A DNA stretch of 64,000 bases from Mobula hypostoma (Eukaryota). The position numbers and the translations under genes are program-made. Every line of letters starts with the position of its first letter. Position 1 is the first letter of the stretch. The stretch lies in assembly GCF_963921235.1 (NCBI RefSeq), contig NC_086097.1:220164001-220228000 (forward strand), given 5' to 3'. Positions 1-11,439 of the stretch are shown one piece after another. The notes beneath the pieces are model-generated. The model did not search any database, was not told the origin of the DNA, and saw nothing but the letters and a program-made list of their open reading frames with translations.

Positions 1-19
1 CAAATTATGATAAGTTAAA

Positions 20-890
20 GTTCAAGTTTATTGTCATTTCCACTGTATACATGAAGAACTCTGGACCAAGGTGCACAATACTCTTCAGAACATTCACACA
101 ACAAGAAGAGTAATATTACCACCAATAAATTAACAAATAATAAGATGCACTTACATCACAAGTTAAATACCAAAGTGTATAACACTACTGGAGCTTCATA
201 CATAGTGATACCTGGGTCGTGGCAGGGAGTTCAAAAGTCTCACAGTCTAGGAGAAGAAGCTGGATCCCATCCTAACAGTCTTTGTCCTAATGCTATGGTA
301 CCTCCTGCCTATTGGTAGGAGGTCAAAGAGATGGTAGGGATCATTAACAATGCTAAGGGCCTGCATACGCATTGTTCCTGGTAAGGATCTATCTCAGGTG
401 GGTGGAAGACAGGCCCAAATGATCTTCTCAGCAGTCCTCACCATCCTTTGTAGGGGCTTGAGGTCAGATGCCTTGCAATTCCCATACCACACCAAGATGT
501 GGCTGGTCAGTACACTCTCAATGATGCTCCTGTAAAAATTGGTTAGACTGGAAGCCTCAGCCTCCTCAGGAAGTGTTGACTCTGTCTAAGGAGGTGGTGC
601 TGAGGGACCTAGTGAGATCATCCATTCTGTGAACACTCAGAAACTTGGCCTCCTACTTTTCTCCACGGAGGAGCTGTATATGCGCAGTGAGGTGTGGTCA
701 GCCTACACCTTCCTAAAGTCCACAAACATCTTTCCACATTGTCCTGTCCACACTGAGACACATTGTCGTACTCTCACCATCAGTTCCTTGCTCTTACTGA
801 CATTGAATAGAAAGTTATTGCTACAACACCACTCAGCCAGTTGATCTATCTCACTCCTGGATCCACCCTCCTGTCCACGTTTCATTAAAC
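20..890 (-). mobile_element. Degraded Rex1/Babar-type LINE 3' fragment
   Basis: Minus-strand peptide EIDQLAEWCCSNNFLFNVSKSKELMV resembles the RT thumb of the Rex1 copy at 20823-22448. An AATAAA-containing tail lies near position 30. Confidence 0.6.
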
Positions 891-1139
891 TTCCAACCAC
901 ACAATGATGTGAGCCACAGAATTCTGGTTCACAGGATCCTGCAATCCACCTGCTCTTCAATATTCAACCAATATGAGGAATGTAAAGGCAGCACAGTAAT
1001 GTAGCGGTTAGCATAACGTAATTACAGTTGTTAAGTTGGATTGGACATTGGCTTTGTTATTTGTTATTAAATTGGATTAGGCATTGGTTTTGATATTTGT
1101 TATTAAATTGGATTGGACATTCGCTTTGTGGGAAAAGCC

Positions 1140-2135
1140 CAAAAGTGTTAGTAGATGGTTGCCTCTGACTGGAGACCTGTGACTAGTGGTGTACCGCAGG
1201 GATCAGTGATTGATTCATTGCTGCTTGTCATTAACACCAATGATCTGGATGATAATGTGGTTAACTAGATCTGCAAATTTTGGATGACAAGATTGGAGGT
1301 ACAGTGGACAGTGAGGAAGGCTATCTTGGCTTGCATAGGGATCTGCAACAGCTGGAAAAGTGGGTTGAAAAATAGCAGGTGGAATTTAATGCAGACCAGT
1401 GTGAGGTGTTGCATTTCAGTAGGACCAACCAGGTAGGTCTTACACAGTGAAGGAGCGTGGTAGAACAAAGGGATCTGGAAATACAGGTCCATAATTCATT
1501 GAAAATGGAGTCATAGGTAGATAGGGTCATAAATAAAGCTTTTCGCACTTCGGCCTTCATAAATCAATGTATTGAGTACAGGAGTTGGGATGTTATGTTG
1601 AAGTTGTACGAGTTGGTGAGACCTAATTTGGAGTATTGCATGCAAGTTTTAGTCACCTACCTACAGGAAAGACGTAAATAAGACAGAAAGAGTACAGATA
1701 AAATTTACAAGGAGGTTACTGGGTCTGCAGGATCTGAGTTATATGGAACAATTGAATAGGTTAGGACTATATTTGTAGAAGATTGTGAGGAGATTCGATA
1801 GAGGTATACAAAATTATGAGGGGTATAAAAAGCCAAATGCAAGAAGACTTTTTCCACTGAGGTTGGGTGGGACTACAATCAGAGTGATGGGTTAAGGGTG
1901 AAAGGTCAAAAGTTTAGGGGGAAAATGAGGGGAAACCTCTTCACTCAGAACAAGCTGCCAGCACGTGGTGCATGCAAGCTCATTTTCAATGTTTAAGAGA
2001 AGTACATGGACGGTAGGGCTATGGTGGGCTATGGTCCTGGTGCAGGTTCATGAAAGTAGACAGTTTAAATGCTTTCGGCACAGACAAGAAGGGCCAAAGG
2101 GCCTATTTCTGTGCTGTACTTCTTTATGACTCTAC
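1140..2135 (+). mobile_element. Degraded CR1 LINE, RT C-terminus and 3' UTR
   Basis: gtgactagtggtgtaccgcagggatcagtg (VTSGVPQGSV) followed by the CR1 3' end gggcctatttctgtgctgta...ttctttatgactcta. Many frameshifts. Confidence 0.85.
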
Positions 2136-2189
2136 AGCTCTGCTACTGTCTATAAAGAGGTTATGCGTTTCCCCAATGACCAATTGGAT

Positions 2190-2655
2190 TCCTCCAAGTG
2201 TTCAACTGGCAGGAACGTCGATTTCTCTGACTTCCAGTAATTTCTGTCCCCTCCCTCATTCTTTCTTTTTCCATTCCTCATTCTGGTTACCCTCTCATCC
2301 CTTTTTTCCTCCTCACCCACCCATCACCTCCCTCTGGTTCCTCTCTTCCTTCCCATTCTTTAATGCTCCACTGTCCTATTAGATTCCTTCTTCTTTAGCC
2401 TTTTACCTCTTCTGTCTATCCCATTCCTGCTTCTCACTTCATCTCCTACCATCTGGGCTCACCTATCATCTTCCCCTACCCTCACCTTCTTATTTTGGTT
2501 CCCCCCCCCCCACTTCCTTTCCAATCTTGATGAAGGTCTCAACAGAAAAGTCAACAGTTTATTTTCCTCAACAGATGCTGTCTGACTTGCCAAGTTCCTC
2601 CAAGTATCTTGTGTGTGTTGCTCAAGATTTCAGCATCTGCAGAATCTCTTGCGAA
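2190..2655 (+). mobile_element. Penelope-like element 3' region
   Basis: Pyrimidine-rich tract, then tgatgaaggtctcaacagaaaagtcaac...gatgctg...cagcatctgcagaatctcttg. The same tail accompanies the GIY-YIG-coding copy at 24052. Confidence 0.7.
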
Positions 2656-2777
2656 ATCAATAGCAATCCTTTTATCTGAAATGAGTTTGTATAGTTTACT
2701 CTTTTCAGTCTGACTTTCAGAAATCATTGTTATTTCTCATTGTTTCTGTGAACCACAGCTACCTCATCAGCTGTTTG

Positions 2778-2930
2778 GCACGGCACGAACAGTAGTGCAG
2801 CAGTTAGTATAGTTGTCTCGAAGCTCCAGAGACCCAGGTTCAATGCTGATCTTGGATACTGTTTCTGGAGTTGTAGTTTCTCACCATGATCTGATGAGTT
2901 TCCTCCAGGTACTCCAGAATGATCCCTTTG
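2778..2930 (+). mobile_element. tRNA-derived V-SINE-like element (partial)
   Basis: A-box-like agtagtgcagcagttag, B-box-like ggttcaatgc and V-core-like gagtttcctccaggtactccag. Confidence 0.6.
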
Positions 2931-3033
2931 TGCAAGTCAAAAAAAATTAAATACAAGTTACAGCTTCCTCCTGACACCCATGTTCACTTTGGGAAAAAGT
3001 TGCCCCTCCGGTCCCCTTTAAAAATTTTACCCT

Positions 3034-3318
3034 TGTGGCGACCCACTTTCTGGCACACACGAACCGGCTCACAACAGCGCGTGCAGGCAGAGGGCCGGCC
3101 CCAAAAAGGGCGCCAGGCCATCTTCACCAGCAGGGGGAAAATCCCGCGCGCGTTGAGAGTCTGGGAATATACATTCCCCACAGTAGTCCCGCCCAGGGAG
3201 GGCGGGAACGGGAAGGCTTTAAAGCGGGCCGCGAAGTTTGAATAAAGCTCTTTCATCGCAACTCTAACTCACCGACTCCATGTGGTTATTCTAGCGCTGT
3301 GTGTAGCACATCGCTACA
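3034..3318 (+). repeat. 5' LTR
   Basis: TGTGGCG...CGCTACA with AATAAA at 3241-3246. Seven mismatches to the 3' LTR by manual comparison. Confidence 0.97.
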
Positions 3319-3320
3319 AT

Positions 3321-3334
3321 TGGTGACCCCGACG
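3321..3334 (+). other. Primer-binding site for tRNA-Trp
   Basis: TGGTGACCCCGACG, 2 nt after the 5' LTR, is complementary to the 3' end of eukaryotic tRNA-Trp (...CGUCGGGGUCACCA). Confidence 0.9.
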
Positions 3335-3358
3335 GCCCAAACGATATTTGGACCAGAG

Positions 3359-6300
3359 ATGACCGACGCTGCATCTGTTCATGCAGTTTCGTTAAAAACT
3401 GCCAAGCTTCTGGACGCTGCGACCCCAGTTATGGTTCGAACAAGCAGAAGCACAATTCCACATTCGGCAGATAACCTCGGAGTCCACTCGCTACTACTAC
3501 GTGCTGAGCTCCCTCGACCAGGAGACTGCTGCACAAGTTGAGGAGTTTATACAGTCGCCCCCGGAGGACGGCAAATACACAGCATTCAAAGCCCTGCTCA
3601 TAAGGACTTTCGGACTCTCACGGCGCGAACGAGCACGCCGCTTAATGCACCTGGATGGTTTGGGAGACAGGCTGCCGTCAGCATTAATGAACGAGATGCT
3701 GGCCCTGGCGGAAGGGCACAAACCCTGCCTCATGTTTGAGCAGGCATTCCTAGAGCAACTGCCCGAGGACATATGCCTGCTGCTGTCCAACGCAGATTTC
3801 AGCAACCCCCGGGAGGTGGTGGCCTGAGCAGATGTGCTGTGGAATGCCAGGAAAGAGAGAGGGGCATCCGTCGCACAGATCACCAAGCCGCATGCCCAAC
3901 GACAGACCCGACCAGGCCCGGCAGCAGAGCCTACAAAACCCGGAGACGGGAGTGAGGAGCCCAACGAACAATGGTGTTTCTACCACCAGCGGTGGGGCAC
4001 AGAGGCCCGCCGCTGCAGACCACCCTGCAAATTCTCGGGAAACGCCAGGGCCCAGCCACTGCTGATGGCTACGGCGGCTGGCCATCAGGACAGCCTCCTG
4101 TACGTCTGGGACAAGCAGTCGGGACGCCGCTTTTTGGTCGACACCGGAGCGGAGATCAGCGTCTTACCTCCAACGAGTTACGACACCCGCAACAGAGAAC
4201 CGGGACCCACCCTGAGGGCCACTAATGGCAGCACAATACGAACTTACGGCACCCGCACAGTGCGGCTACAGTTCAGCTCCAGCCGGTTCACGTGGGACTT
4301 CACACTGGCCGCCGTGGACCAACCACTGCTGGGGGCAGATTTTCTACGAGCCCACAGCCTGCTGGTCGACTTGCAAGGGAAGCGATTAGTCCACGCCAAG
4401 ACTTTTCAAACGTTCTCCCTGGGTGAAGCACAGTTGCCAGCCCCACACCTGGACTCCATCACGCTGTCCGACGATGAATTCACCAGGGTCCTGGCGGATT
4501 TCCCATCAGTACTGACACCGCAGATCACGGCAGCCATGCCCAGACACTGAGTACAGCACCACATCCCGACCCAGGGACCACCCCTCCACGCCCGTGCTCG
4601 AAGGCTTCCCCCAGACAAGCTCCGACTGGCGAAGGAGGAGTTCAAGAAGATGGAGGAATTGGGGATCATACGACGGTCCAACAGCCCATGGGCCTCCCCC
4701 CTTCACATGGTGCCCAAGGCAACGGGGGGCTGGAGACCATGCGGTGACTACCGCAGACTGAACGAGGTTACAACGCCAGACCGCTACCCTGTGCCGCACA
4801 TTCAAGACTTCGCAGCAAGCCTACACGGCGCAAGGATCTTTTCCAAGGTAGACCTCGTCCGGGGATACCATCAAATCCCTGTACATCCGGACGACATCCC
4901 CAAAACAGCACTTATCACCCCGTTCGGACTTTTCGAATTCCTCCGAATGCCGTTTGGTCTAAAGAATGCCGCACAGACTTTCCAGCTGCTAATGGACGCA
5001 GTGGGATGCGACCTGGACTTTGCATTCATCTATTTGGACGACATCCTCATAGCCAGCAGTAGTCGGCAGGAGCATCTGTCCCACCTCCGCCAGCTCTACT
5101 CCCGCCTGACTGAATTCGGCCTTACAATTAATCCAGCCAAATGCCAGTTCGGACTCGACACCATCGACTTCCTGGGCCCCAGGATTACTAAAGACGGGGC
5201 AACCCCGCTGCCCGCCAAGGTAGACGTGGTCCGCCACTTCCCCCGACCCAACACAATCAAAGGCTTGCAGGAATTCGTGGGTATGGTGAACTTTTACCAC
5301 CGTTTCCTCCCCTCAGCAGCCCGAACCATGCGCCCCCTGTTCACCCTGATGTCGGGTAAGGGCAAGGACATTACCTGGGATGAAGAGGCCGCAACCGCTT
5401 TCGTTAAAACCAAAGAAGCCTTGGCAAACGCCGCGATGCTAGTGCACCCCAGAACGAACGTTCCTACTGCCCTCACGGTGGACGCATCCAACACAGCGGT
5501 CGGTGGAGTGCTGGAACAACTCATCGAGGGTCGCTGGCAACCCCTGGCGTTCTTCAGCAAACACCTACGACCACCCGAACTCAAAAACAGTGCTTTCGAC
5601 CGGGAGCTATTGGCACTATACCTGGCAATCCGGCATTTCAGGTACTTCTTAGAAGGTAGGCCCTTCACCGCGTTCACAGACCACAAACCGCTTACCTTTG
5701 CGTTCACTAAGGTGTCCGACCCCTGGTCGTCCCGCCAGCAGCGACATCTGTCCTACATCTCCGAGTACACGACGGACATCCGGCATGTCTCTGGAAAGAA
5801 CAACGTAGTGGCGGACGCACTTTCCAGACCTACCATACAGGCCCTGTCCCAGGGGGTGGACTATGCAGCGCTGGCAGAGGCACAGCAGGCAGACGCTGAG
5901 ATCCCCAGTTACAGGACTGCAGTCTCCGGTTTACAGCTTCAAGACCTCCCCGTAGGCCCAGGTGAGAGGACCCTACTATGTGACGTAGCTACTGGCCAAC
6001 CCTGCCCCATCGTCCCAGCAGCCTGGCGCCAGTGGGTTTTCGAGTCCATTCACAACTTAGCGCACCCCTCCATCAGGACAACCGTCCGGCTGGTCTCCAA
6101 CAGGTTCGTGTGGCATGGGCTGTGTAAATAGGTCAATGAATGGGCCAAAACGTGCATGCAGTGCCAAACGGCCAAGGTGCAGCGTCACACCAAGGCTCCG
6201 CCGCAGTGGTTCGAACCCACCCGCCGGAGGTTCAACCACATCCATGTGGATATCGTGGGGCCCCTGCCAGTGTCGCGAGGAGCGGGGTACCTCCTAACTA

Positions 6301-7280
6301 TGATAGACTGGTTCACCAGATGGCCAGAGGCAGTCCCGCTCAGCGACACCACCTCCGAATCCTGCGCCCGAGCACTGATCGCAACCTGGGTAGCACGCTT
6401 TGGGGTACCGGCCCACATTACCTCCGACAGGGGCGCCCAGTTCACCTCCAGCCTGTGGTCGGCTATGGCCAGCCTTTTAGGAACACAGCTACACCACACA
6501 ACTGCCTACCACCCACCGTCGAACGGACTAGTGGAGCGCTTCCACCGTCACCTGAAATCGGCTCTCATGGCCCGCCTGGAGGGGCCTAACTGGGTGGACG
6601 AACTTCGCTGAGTCCTGCTCGGAATCCGCACGGCGCCCAAGGAGGATCTACACACCTCGTCGGCCGAGTTGGTGTACGGCGCGCCCCTGGTCGTCCCAGG
6701 AGAGTTCATACCAGCCCCAAGGGGGCAAGAGGAAGAACCCACAGCAGTCCTGGACAGACTACGAGAGAGGCTCGGTAACCTGGCCCCCATACCCACTTCA
6801 CGGCACGAACAGAGCCCGACCTGCGTACCCAAAAACCTGCAGAACTGTAAGTTTCTTTTTGTACGACGGGGCGGACACCGGGCACCGCTACAGCGGCCCT
6901 ACGAGGGGCCGTTTAAGGTGATCAGGAACAACGGGTCCACGTTCGTGCTGGACATTGGGGGGAGAGAGGAGGTTTTCACAGTGGACCGACTCAAACCGGC
7001 CCATGTGGACTTGGCGCAACCGGTCCAGGCTCAGGCACCGCGGCACAGGGGCAGACCTCCCAAACAGAGGCCGATCCAGACTGTGGACATTGGGGGAGGT
7101 ATCGCCGGTTCTGGGGGGGGGGGGTTATGTGGCGACCCACTTTCTGGCACACACGAACCGGCTCACAACAGCGCGCGCAGGCAGAGGGCCGGCCCCAAAA
7201 AGGGCGCCAGGCCATCTTCACCAGCAGGGGGAAAATCCCGCGCGCGGAAAGGGTCTGGGAATATACATTCCCCACAGTAG
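3359..7280 (+). pseudogene. Disrupted single gag-pol ORF
   Basis: MTDAASVHAVSLK, then a +1 A frameshift near 3394 into LPSFW..PQLWFEQAEAQF. Motifs: CHCC knuckle CFYH..C..C, protease LVDTGA, RT YLDD, RNase H VDAS/TDHKPL, integrase HHCC, DDE and GPF. ORFs starting at 3501, 3834, 4650, 6156 and 6669 share one frame, broken by stops at 3825, 4548, 6129 and 6609. Confidence 0.95.
7113..7124 (+). other. Polypurine tract
   Basis: G12 run ending 3 nt before the 3' LTR. Confidence 0.85.
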
Positions 7281-7412
7281 TCCCGCCCAGGGAGGGCGGG
7301 AACAGGAAGGCTTTAAAGTGGGCCGCGAAGTTTGAATAAAGCTCTTTCATCGCAACTCTAACTCACCGACTCCATGTGGTTATTCTAGCGCTGTGTGTAG
7401 CACATCGCTACA
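7128..7412 (+). repeat. 3' LTR
   Basis: Direct repeat of 3034-3318, followed by TSD CCCT. Confidence 0.97.
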
Positions 7413-7461
7413 CCCTCTCATTTTAAACCTACATCCTCCAGTTTTAAACTCACCGACCTTG

Positions 7462-7866
7462 AGTGGCAGTGTGGAGATAAGTCTCTACCAAAGGAGGGGC
7501 AAGGATCTCCTTCCATCTGCTAGCCTGCAGGTCACCCTTGGGCAAGGTGTAGTACCTGCTTAGCCACACCACTCCCCAACCAACCAGTCTATCAAGGTCA
7601 CGTAAAGCAATAGAATATGTGGTGGATGGTCATATGAGCAGCTGGTGCATATCACAAGTCCTGGTTAGGCAACCACTGATGCCAGGCAGAGAATCCCTGA
7701 ACAGTACTGATAATGGCTGGGGTCACCCATCTTGTAAAGACACTGCCCAGAAAAAGGCAATGGCAAACCACTTCTGTAGAAAAATTTGCCAAAAGCAATC
7801 GTGGTCATGAGACTATGATCGCCCACATTACACGACGCGGCACATAATAATAATAATAATAATAAT
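7462..7866 (+). mobile_element. Non-autonomous SINE-like element with RTE-type tail
   Basis: About 400-bp family also at 18930-19305 (+) and, split, at 20595-22592 (-). Ends ggcaaaccacttctgtag...(TAA)n. Confidence 0.75.
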
Positions 7867-7867
7867 T

Positions 7868-9690
7868 CCTTACCTCTGCTCTAAAGGGTTGCTCCCACAA
7901 TTTTGAGGCTGTGCCCTCAAATTCTGGATATCTCTGCCATAGGGAACATCCTCTCCACATCCACCCTATCTAGACCGTTCAACATTCGCTAGGTTTCAAT
8001 ATGATCCCCATTCATTCTTCTAAATTCCAGTGAGTATAGTCCCAGAGCTGTCAATAATTCCCGAAATCATCCTCGTGAACCTGCTCTGAACTCTCTCTAA
8101 TGACAACATATCCTTTCTGAGATATGGGGCCCAAAACTGTTAACAATACTCCAAGTGTGGCCCAATTGATGTCTTTTAAAGGCTTAGCATTATCTCCTTT
8201 CTTTTATATTCTATTCCCTTTGAAATAAATGCCAACATTGTATTTGCCTCCTTTATCACAGACTCAAGCAGTAAATTAATCTTCTGGGAGTCTTGCATGA
8301 GGACTCCCAAGTCCCTCTGCACCTCCGATGTTTGAATTTTCTCCCCATTTAGACAAGAGTCTGCACTATTGTTCCTGTTCCCAAAATGCATTATCATACA
8401 TTTCCCAACACTGTATTTCATCTGGCATTTTTTTGCCCATTCTTCCAGTTTGTCTAAGTCCTGCTGCAATCGCATTGCTTTCTCAGCACTACCTACCCCT
8501 CCACCTATTTTCGTACCATCCGCAAACCATGCGACAAAGTCCTTAATCCATTATCTAAATCATTGACAAAAAATGTGAAAAGCAGTGGTCCCAATACTAA
8601 CCCCTGAAAAACACAACTATTCACCAGCAGCCAACCCACTAACAATGCCAGTATCTTTCCTGTAACGCCATAGGATTTTATCTTGTTAAGCAGCCTCATG
8701 ACTGTCATCTTATCAAAGGTCTTCTGAAAATCCAAATGAATGACATCCACTGCCTCATTTATCCACCCTGCTTGTCACTTTCTTGAAGAATTCTAACAGA
8801 TTTGTCAGGTAAGATTTCCAAAACTCATCTATAGACTCCAACACTTTCCCAACCGCTACAGTTAGGCTAACTGGCCTATAATTTCCTCTCTTTTGCTTTC
8901 TTCCCTTCTTAAAGAGTGGAGTGTCATTTTGCAATCTTCCAGTCCTCCGGGACCATGCCAGAATCAAGTGATTATTGAAAGATCATGATCAATGCATCCG
9001 TAATCTCTTCAACAACCTCTCTCAGGACTTTAGGATGTAGTCCATCTGGAGCAGGTGACTTATGCACCTTAAGACCTTCGAGCTTGCCTAGCACTTTTTC
9101 CTTTGTAATAGCAATGGCACTCACTCCCGTTCCCTGACACTCACGGACCTCTGGCACACTGCTAGTGTCTTCCACAGTGAAGACAGATGCAAAGTACCGA
9201 TTAAACTCATTTGCCATTTCTTTGTCCCCTATTAGTACCTCACCAGCATCATTTTCCAGAGATCCAATATCAACTCTCACTTTCCTTTTACTCCTTATAT
9301 AACTGAAAAAAAATTTGGTACCTTACTTTATTTTATTTGCCCTCATATTTCACCTTTTCCCTCCCTATAGCTTTTTTAGTTGCCTTTTGTTGGATTTTAA
9401 AAGCTTCCCAATCATCCAACTTCCCACTCACTTTTGCTACCTTATATGCCCTTTCCTTGGCTTTTATACAGTCCTTAACTTCCTTTGTTGGCCACAGTTG
9501 CCTACCCCTGTCATTTCAGAACTCCTTCCTCTGTGGGACATATTTATCCTACGCCTTGTGAACTAGTTCCAGAAACTTCAGCCATCTCTGCTCTGCCATC
9601 ATCCCCACCAGTATCCTCCTCCAATCCACCTAGGCGAACTTCTCTCTCGTGTCTCTGTAATTCCCTTTATTCCATTGTGATACAGATACA
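7868..9690 (-). mobile_element. Degraded CR1 LINE ORF2
   Basis: Peptides KSPAPDGLHPKVL, GNYRPVSLT, DVIHLDFQKTFDK and LQQDLDKLEEWAKK. Confidence 0.9.
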
Positions 9691-9839
9691 CTTGAGTTAT
9701 GCAGTAATAAAGGACTTGCAGCAAAGTTTCTCCAGGTTGACTCCAGGATGACATAGTTATATATGAGGTTAGAAGATTGTGAGGTGATCTTGCTGAATCA
9801 TTCAGAAATCTTATTTGCTTGACTGGTTTGATGCAGAGG

Positions 9840-10165
9840 TGGGGCAGTGGTACAGATAGTACCTCCACTACCTAGCAACACTGGAGACCTGGGTTCAATC
9901 TTGACCCTGGAAGCTATCTATGTGTAGTTTACACGTTCTCTCAATCACCTAGTGAGCTACTTCTGGGTGCTTCATATTCTTCACACATCAAAATTTAGTT
10001 CAGGTTAATTGGCCATTGTAAATTGCTGATAGTCTACAGATGGGTGATAGAAGAGAGGGAGGAATTCTGGGTTAATGCGAGGTTAGGGTAAATGGGTTGT
10101 TGATGGTTGGCACAAACTCAGTGGGCCCAAGAACCTGTTTCCCTGCTGTATCACTCTGCGACTCT
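9840..10165 (+). mobile_element. tRNA-derived V-SINE-like element inserted in an old CR1 3' fragment
   Basis: Head ggcagtggtacagatag...gggttcaatc, core ttaattggccattgtaaattg and CR1-like tail cctgtttccctgctgtatc. Confidence 0.65.
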
Positions 10166-11439
10166 CCATGTTTCCTCTGGTGGAAGTCATTAAAACTAGG
10201 GGTCAGAGTCTCAAAACATGGGGCCACTCATTCAGGTCATGGATGAGAAGAAATTTCTTCACCTTTAAGTATGATAGTTTTTGGTTTCTCAATCTAAATT
10301 TAGAAAAAGGAAACTTCTTTCAACCAGTTCATGGTAGCTTCTGTCTACAGCCTGAAGCAAAGGGAGTAAAATTCCATTCCTGATGATTGTGGGTTTTGGA
10401 CCAAAATTATCACACTATCTAATGCAGCAGACCCTCTTCTTGTGTCGGTTAGAAAGCTTAACAGTTTAAAAAACCCAAGAAGGATTCCCGCAGTCATGCA
10501 ACAAGGACCCTTGTTGAGGCAGACATTCACTGAAGATCCTCCAGTAGTAACAGCGAGTAGAGGGTCAATTCCAGCTGTTGGGTGGCTCATTAGCAGACTC
10601 ACTGACAGACTGCCTGTCCTGGCAGCAAGAATCCTTATCTTCATGGATGCTCAAAAAAGAACTTAGAAGTTTCTTTCTTGGGAGATTTCTTCATTATCAT
10701 CTACCTCCCTTAGACTGCAAGGTTAATTGGCCATTGTAAATTGCTGATAGTCTACAGATGGGTGATAGAAGAGAGGGAGGAATTCTGGGTTAATGAGAGG
10801 TTAGGGTAAATGGGTTGTTGATGGTTGGCACAAACTCAGTGGGCCCAAGAACCTGTTTCCCTGCTGTATCACTCTGCGACTCTCCATGTTTCCTCTGGTG
10901 GAAGTCATTAAAACTAGGGGTCAGAGTCTCAAAACATGGGGCCACTCATTCAGGTCATGGATGAGAAGAAATTTCTTCACCTTTAAGTATGATAGTTTTT
11001 GGTTTCTCAATCTAAATTTAGAAAAAGGAAACTTCTTTCATCCAGTTCATGGTAGCTTCTGTCTACAGCCTGAAGCAAAGGGAGTAAAATTCCATTCCTG
11101 ATGATTGTGGGTTTTGGACCAAAATTATCACACTATCTAATGCAGCAGACCCTCTTCTTGTGTCGGTTAGAAAGCTTAACAGTTTAAAAAACCCAAGAAG
11201 GATTCCCGCAGTCATGCAACAAGGACCCTTGTTGAGGCAGACATTCACTGAAGATCCTCCAGTAGTAACAGCGAGTAGAGGGTCAATTCCAGCTGTTGGG
11301 TGGCTCATTAGCAGACTCACTGACAGACTGCCTGTCCTGGCAGCAAGAATCCTTATCTTCATGGATGCTCAAAAAAGAACTTAGAAGTTTCTTTCTTGGG
11401 AGATTTCTTCATTATCATCTACCTCCCTTAGACTGCAAG
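10002..11439. repeat. Head-to-tail tandem duplication, 718-bp unit x2
   Basis: 10002-10719 repeats at 10720-11437 with two substitutions seen. AG microhomology at the junction. The ORF track is duplicated at a 718-bp offset. Confidence 0.95.

Larger units (their letters stand above)
3034..7412 (+). mobile_element. Full-length Ty3/Gypsy LTR retrotransposon, CsRn1-like lineage (4379 bp)
   Basis: Two 285-bp TG...CA LTRs, 4-bp TSD CCCT (3030-3033, 7413-7416), PBS, poly-G PPT and gag-PR-RT-RH-IN order. Inserted in a minus-strand CR1 3' fragment. Confidence 0.97.

Noticed and set aside
985..1030. tRNA gene
   Set aside because: Only an A-box-like SINE head, with no cloverleaf. The same applies to the other tRNA-like heads in the window.
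3125..3140. CTCF-like motif CCAGCAGGGGGAA in the Gypsy LTRs
   Set aside because: It lacks the conserved C after the G-run, so the match is too weak to call.
3497..7350. Antisense and alternative-frame ORFs in the Gypsy element, possible env
   Set aside because: These are shadows of a GC-rich gag-pol frame. There is no room or signal for env between the integrase and the PPT.
10345..11384. Duplicated 71-99 aa ORFs as a small gene pair
   Set aside because: They recur only because of the tandem duplication. They have no recognisable domain and overlap old LINE remnants.
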